Source: Trichomonas gallinae (lineage: Eukaryota). From it: a DNA stretch of 32,907 bases. Made by a program: the position numbers and the translations under genes. Numbering within the stretch: position 1 is the first letter of the stretch; every line of letters starts with the position of its first letter. The DNA is taken from contig MRSU01010452.1 of assembly GCA_008369845.1 (NCBI GenBank), positions 62,001 to 94,907 of the forward strand, in the 5' to 3' direction. Shown one piece after another: positions 29,593 through 32,907 of this stretch. The notes below the pieces were generated by a model that made no database searches, was not told the DNA's origin, and saw only the letters and a program-made list of their open reading frames with translations.

Positions 29593-31752
29593 TTAGTCCG
29601 TAACCTTGAATTCAAGCTTGTGCTTGATATCGATTGAAGATTTGCCGATGTTGGCAATGAAGTCACCATTCTCAACAATGCGATTGCAGTTGGCATCAAC
29701 AATGCTGCAGTCATTGACGTTGATTTCAATCTTAACGTCTTTCTTCTTTCCTGGGCCGAGTTCTACGACAGCGAAGCCCTTGAGTTCCTGGCATGCCCAT
29801 GTTGCTGATGTGACAACGTCGTGGATGTAAAGCTGGACAACTTCTGTGCCTTTCCTCTTGCCGATGTTCTTGACAGAGACTGTTGCGACAATTTTCTCGC
29901 CGCGCTTGTAAACCTTCTTGTCGAGTTTGGCTGAGGAATATTCGAATTCTGTGTATGTCAAACCATAGCCGAACTCGAATCTTGGTCTCTCTGTCATGTC
30001 AGCGTATGTTGTTCCGTGCTGGCCTCTGACCTGATTGTAGTAGATTGGGAGTTGTCCGACATGGTATGGAATGGAGATTGTCAACCTTCCTCTTGGCTCG
30101 ATTTCTCCGTAAACTGCCTGTGCGAAAGCCTCACCACCGAGCATACCTGGAGAGAACTGCTGGATGATTGCATTGGCCTTGAATGCCTTCTTTGGAAGAA
30201 CCATTGGCTTCGATGAGATGACTGAGACGATAAATGGTTTTCCGCTGTCAGCAACTTTGTTGATCAACTCGCGCTGATTGCCTTGGAGCTTGAGTGTGGC
30301 TGTGCACCTTGTCTCTCCCCATGCGCTCCTCCTGTCGCCGACGACAACGATGATGACATCGCTCTGGTCGATGATGCTCTGGACTTCGACGGCGTTGAAT
30401 GGCTCGTCCTCCTTCTCGATTGATGCGCCGATAGAGTACTGAAGGTTTTCGCATCTCTTTGACAATCCATCCTTGATTGTGACTGATAACTCCCGTGCAT
30501 GAAGATTGTCGTCGAACATTCTGATTGGATGAGAGCCGCGGACCCAGTCGCCGAACATCGCTCTGTCGTTGTCAGCGTTCGGACCGAGCAGGCCGACCTT
30601 TGGAGTCTTGTCGAGTGGCAAGATGCCATCGTTCTTGAGAAGGATCAAAGACTCTTGTGCAGCTGTGAGTGCGGCAGCTCTGTGCTCTGGCGTGTTCAAC
30701 AGAGGCTTGTTCTTCTCGACGTCTGGATACCTGTCGTTTTCGAACAAGCCGAGCTGGAACTTGATGCTCAAAACTCTTCTGACGGCATCGTCGACGTCCT
30801 TCATGTCGATCTTGCCGTTCTTGATTGCCTCGAGGCAGCCTGGGTAGAAGTTTGGCGTCGACATCATCATGTCGTTGCCGCACTTGACTGCGAGTGTAGC
30901 AGCCTCTTCGTATGTGGCGCAGACCTTCTGGTCTTCGACGAGCCACCCGACGTTGTTCCAGTCTGTGACTAAGAAGCCCTTGAAATTCCAGTCATCCTTG
31001 AGAATGTCTCTTAACAGCCATTTGTTGGCTGTTGAAGGGATGCCTTCTGTTGATTGGTAGCCAGTCATGAATGAGCCAGCACCAGCTTCGCATGCGACTT
31101 TGAATTGTGGCAAGAAATAGGACAAAAGCTTCCTGTGAGATAAATCTGCCTCACTGGCATCTCTTCCACCTTGTGTCTCTGAGTAACCTGCGTAGTGCTT
31201 GGCTGTGGCAAGTACGTGGTCTTCATCGCTTGTGATTTTGTCGCCTTGGTAGCCTTTGATCATTGCTGTCGCGAATTTTCCGATGAGATAAGGATCTTCA
31301 CCGAAAGTTTCGCCAACTCTGCCCCATCTCGTATCTCTTGCGATGCACAAAACTGGAGAAAATGTCCATGCATTGCCTGTATGTTTCATTTCATTAGCTG
31401 TAACCTCAGCCATCTTCTTAATGATCTCCTCATCCCAGCTAGGAGCAATACCAAGCTGTGTTGGGAAGATTGTGGAGCCTTGCCAGAACGAATAGCCGTG
31501 AATTGCATCAATTCCGAACAAAACTGGTATTTGAAGCCTTGTCTTGCGAGCTTCGTCAATGATAGGCTTAATTTCATCACCGTGAACGTTTAAAACTGAA
31601 CCAGCGTTTTGTGCTTTCAAATTCTCAATGCAATTATTCAATCCATCGATCTGGACAAGCTGTCCAACCTTCTCTTCCACAGTCATTTGCGAGAGGAGAT
31701 CTTCCACGCGTGCCTCGACCGGCTGCGATGCATCCTTGTAGAGAGATGACAT
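29593..31752 (-). CDS. Glycoside hydrolase family 3 beta-glucosidase/xylosidase (BglX-like) with a C-terminal Fn3-like domain
   Basis: RVEDLLSQMTVEEKVGQL, DAIHG, RDTRWGRVGETFGEDP, AKHY, nucleophile motif LVTDW, LLKNDG.LPL, FGYGLTYT.F and EVVQLY. No signal peptide. Confidence 0.96.
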   Translation of the reverse strand: MSSLYKDASQPVEARVEDLLSQMTVEEKVGQLVQIDGLNNCIENLKAQNAGSVLNVHGDEIKPIIDEARKTRLQIPVLFGIDAIHGYSFWQGSTIFPTQLGIAPSWDEEIIKKMAEVTANEMKHTGNAWTFSPVLCIARDTRWGRVGETFGEDPYLIGKFATAMIKGYQGDKITSDEDHVLATAKHYAGYSETQGGRDASEADLSHRKLLSYFLPQFKVACEAGAGSFMTGYQSTEGIPSTANKWLLRDILKDDWNFKGFLVTDWNNVGWLVEDQKVCATYEEAATLAVKCGNDMMMSTPNFYPGCLEAIKNGKIDMKDVDDAVRRVLSIKFQLGLFENDRYPDVEKNKPLLNTPEHRAAALTAAQESLILLKNDGILPLDKTPKVGLLGPNADNDRAMFGDWVRGSHPIRMFDDNLHARELSVTIKDGLSKRCENLQYSIGASIEKEDEPFNAVEVQSIIDQSDVIIVVVGDRRSAWGETRCTATLKLQGNQRELINKVADSGKPFIVSVISSKPMVLPKKAFKANAIIQQFSPGMLGGEAFAQAVYGEIEPRGRLTISIPYHVGQLPIYYNQVRGQHGTTYADMTERPRFEFGYGLTYTEFEYSSAKLDKKVYKRGEKIVATVSVKNIGKRKGTEVVQLYIHDVVTSATWACQELKGFAVVELGPGKKKDVKIEINVNDCSIVDANCNRIVENGDFIANIGKSSIDIKHKLEFKVTD

Positions 31753-32760
31753 GAAAAATAATGATTTGACGGTTTTTATCGGGATTCTATAAAAAATATA
31801 AAATTTAAAAAGTGATAAAATTTACCAAACAGCATATTTTTACATATAAATCAATTTTATAAATAATTCATTTCTTGGTTGTCACTTTTTGGGATAGATA
31901 AATAATTTTAACTCGATCATTTTTCTTGCTATTTTTCATATAATATACTGTAGTCTGCTTATTTTTACTTGAAATGAGCGAATTTGAATTATTTTGTGAA
32001 TTTCGTAGTTTTCTCTCACGAACCTCTCAGATTTAATGCTAATAAGACTAGTTATGGCTGTTGAAAGTAGCGATGATCCGAATTTCTCAACTTTTCTCCT
32101 CCGACTTTTTTTCATTCAAAAATTGAATATAAGACGATAACCATTGAATTTTGTCAAAATTCACGAATAGAATTAAAAATTGGTGATGTTTTTCGCTAAC
32201 ATACATAAATATATGAGTATGGAGCAATGTTTACAAAAAAATAATCTCAAATTTTGAAATATATAAGAAAGCCAATCCATTCTTATTATCATTAGCTTCA
32301 AAATGTTTGTTAAGATTAAAGGATATTTGCGGATATTTAGGTGTATTTCTATCTAGAAATTGATTGGTTTGGTAAATAATGTGATTTGTAACCATAATGG
32401 AGCAAAATCACTCATATTATAAAATATTTTCAATATATTCAAAATGATTTTTCATGTTAAAAAGTATTTGCGGATATATTTAAGTGTATTTTTAAATATT
32501 TATAGATGTTACCGCATTATATAATGCACAGCACACTATCCAGCACAACTTCTGCATGCAAAATGCTACATTAAGAGTTATTATCCTTTTTAGATAAGAA
32601 AGGGTTTTGACATGTAAAATTATTTTGCCATGTAAAATAATGTTGGATGATATTTTAAAAAATGAAAATTTTATCATATTTGAGTTCTTTATCATATGAA
32701 ATGTAGTAATTTAATGTTAAAATTTAATTTTGTTTTTTAGGGGTAAAATTGCCCTATTAA

Positions 32761-32780
32761 AACGGTTTGACAAGGCCTTT
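32761..32780 (+). promoter_or_regulatory. Trichomonad M3 (AACGGTT) plus M5 (CCTTT) core promoter
   Basis: AACGGTT at 32761-67 and CCTTT at 32776-80, ending 5 nt before the RPS30 ATG. This arrangement is known from Trichomonas ribosomal protein genes. Confidence 0.8.
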
Positions 32781-32785
32781 CTCGA

Positions 32786-32907
32786 ATGGGTAAAGTTCAC
32801 GGTTCCCTCGCTCAGGCAGGCAAAGTTCGCTCCAACACACCAAAGGTCCCAAAGCAGGACAAGCCAAAGGAAGTTCGCGGCCGCGCTCGCCTGAGAAAGA
32901 TCTACAA
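32786..32907 (+). CDS. RPS30: 40S ribosomal protein S30 (eS30), truncated by the window end; absent from the ORF track
   Basis: Own translation: [40 protein letters not shown]. No ubiquitin-like fusion. Confidence 0.96.
   Translation, partial: MGKVHGSLAQAGKVRSNTPKVPKQDKPKEVRGRARLRKIY

Noticed and set aside
29606..31593. Multiple alternative-frame ORFs inside the GH3 gene
   Set aside because: Shadow ORFs of a clear, conserved gene.

Overview
AT-rich, gene-dense eukaryotic DNA with intronless genes, most likely from a parabasalid (trichomonad). This is supported by Inr-like TCAY motifs, AAAGTGAC motifs and an AACGGTT+CCTTT pair just upstream of ATGs, and by many stop codons embedded in TAAA. 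Recognisable genes: EFHC1/Rib72, a PQ-loop transporter, a large type I surface protein, a DENN-like protein, proteasome beta7, an ARM-repeat protein, CNOT11, CPSF30, an HMG-box protein, an RNI-like LRR protein, a GH3 beta-glucosidase and the 5' part of RPS30. Four things stand out. (1) At the left edge, three single ankyrin repeats lie in different reading frames, separated by spacers built from ~20-23-nt periodic RTTYAT units that lack standard trichomonad intron signals, and the last repeat ends in an intact CaaX box; this is a candidate non-canonical intron or recoding system. (2) A bacterial-type YqeC selenium-cofactor gene sits in a eukaryotic context. (3) One protein resembles the meiotic SHOC1/Zip2 family. 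(4) Phased TTTACRTGNCA arrays lie upstream of several genes, and there is a small structured GC-rich ncRNA candidate. All family calls come from motif recognition by eye; no searches were run.
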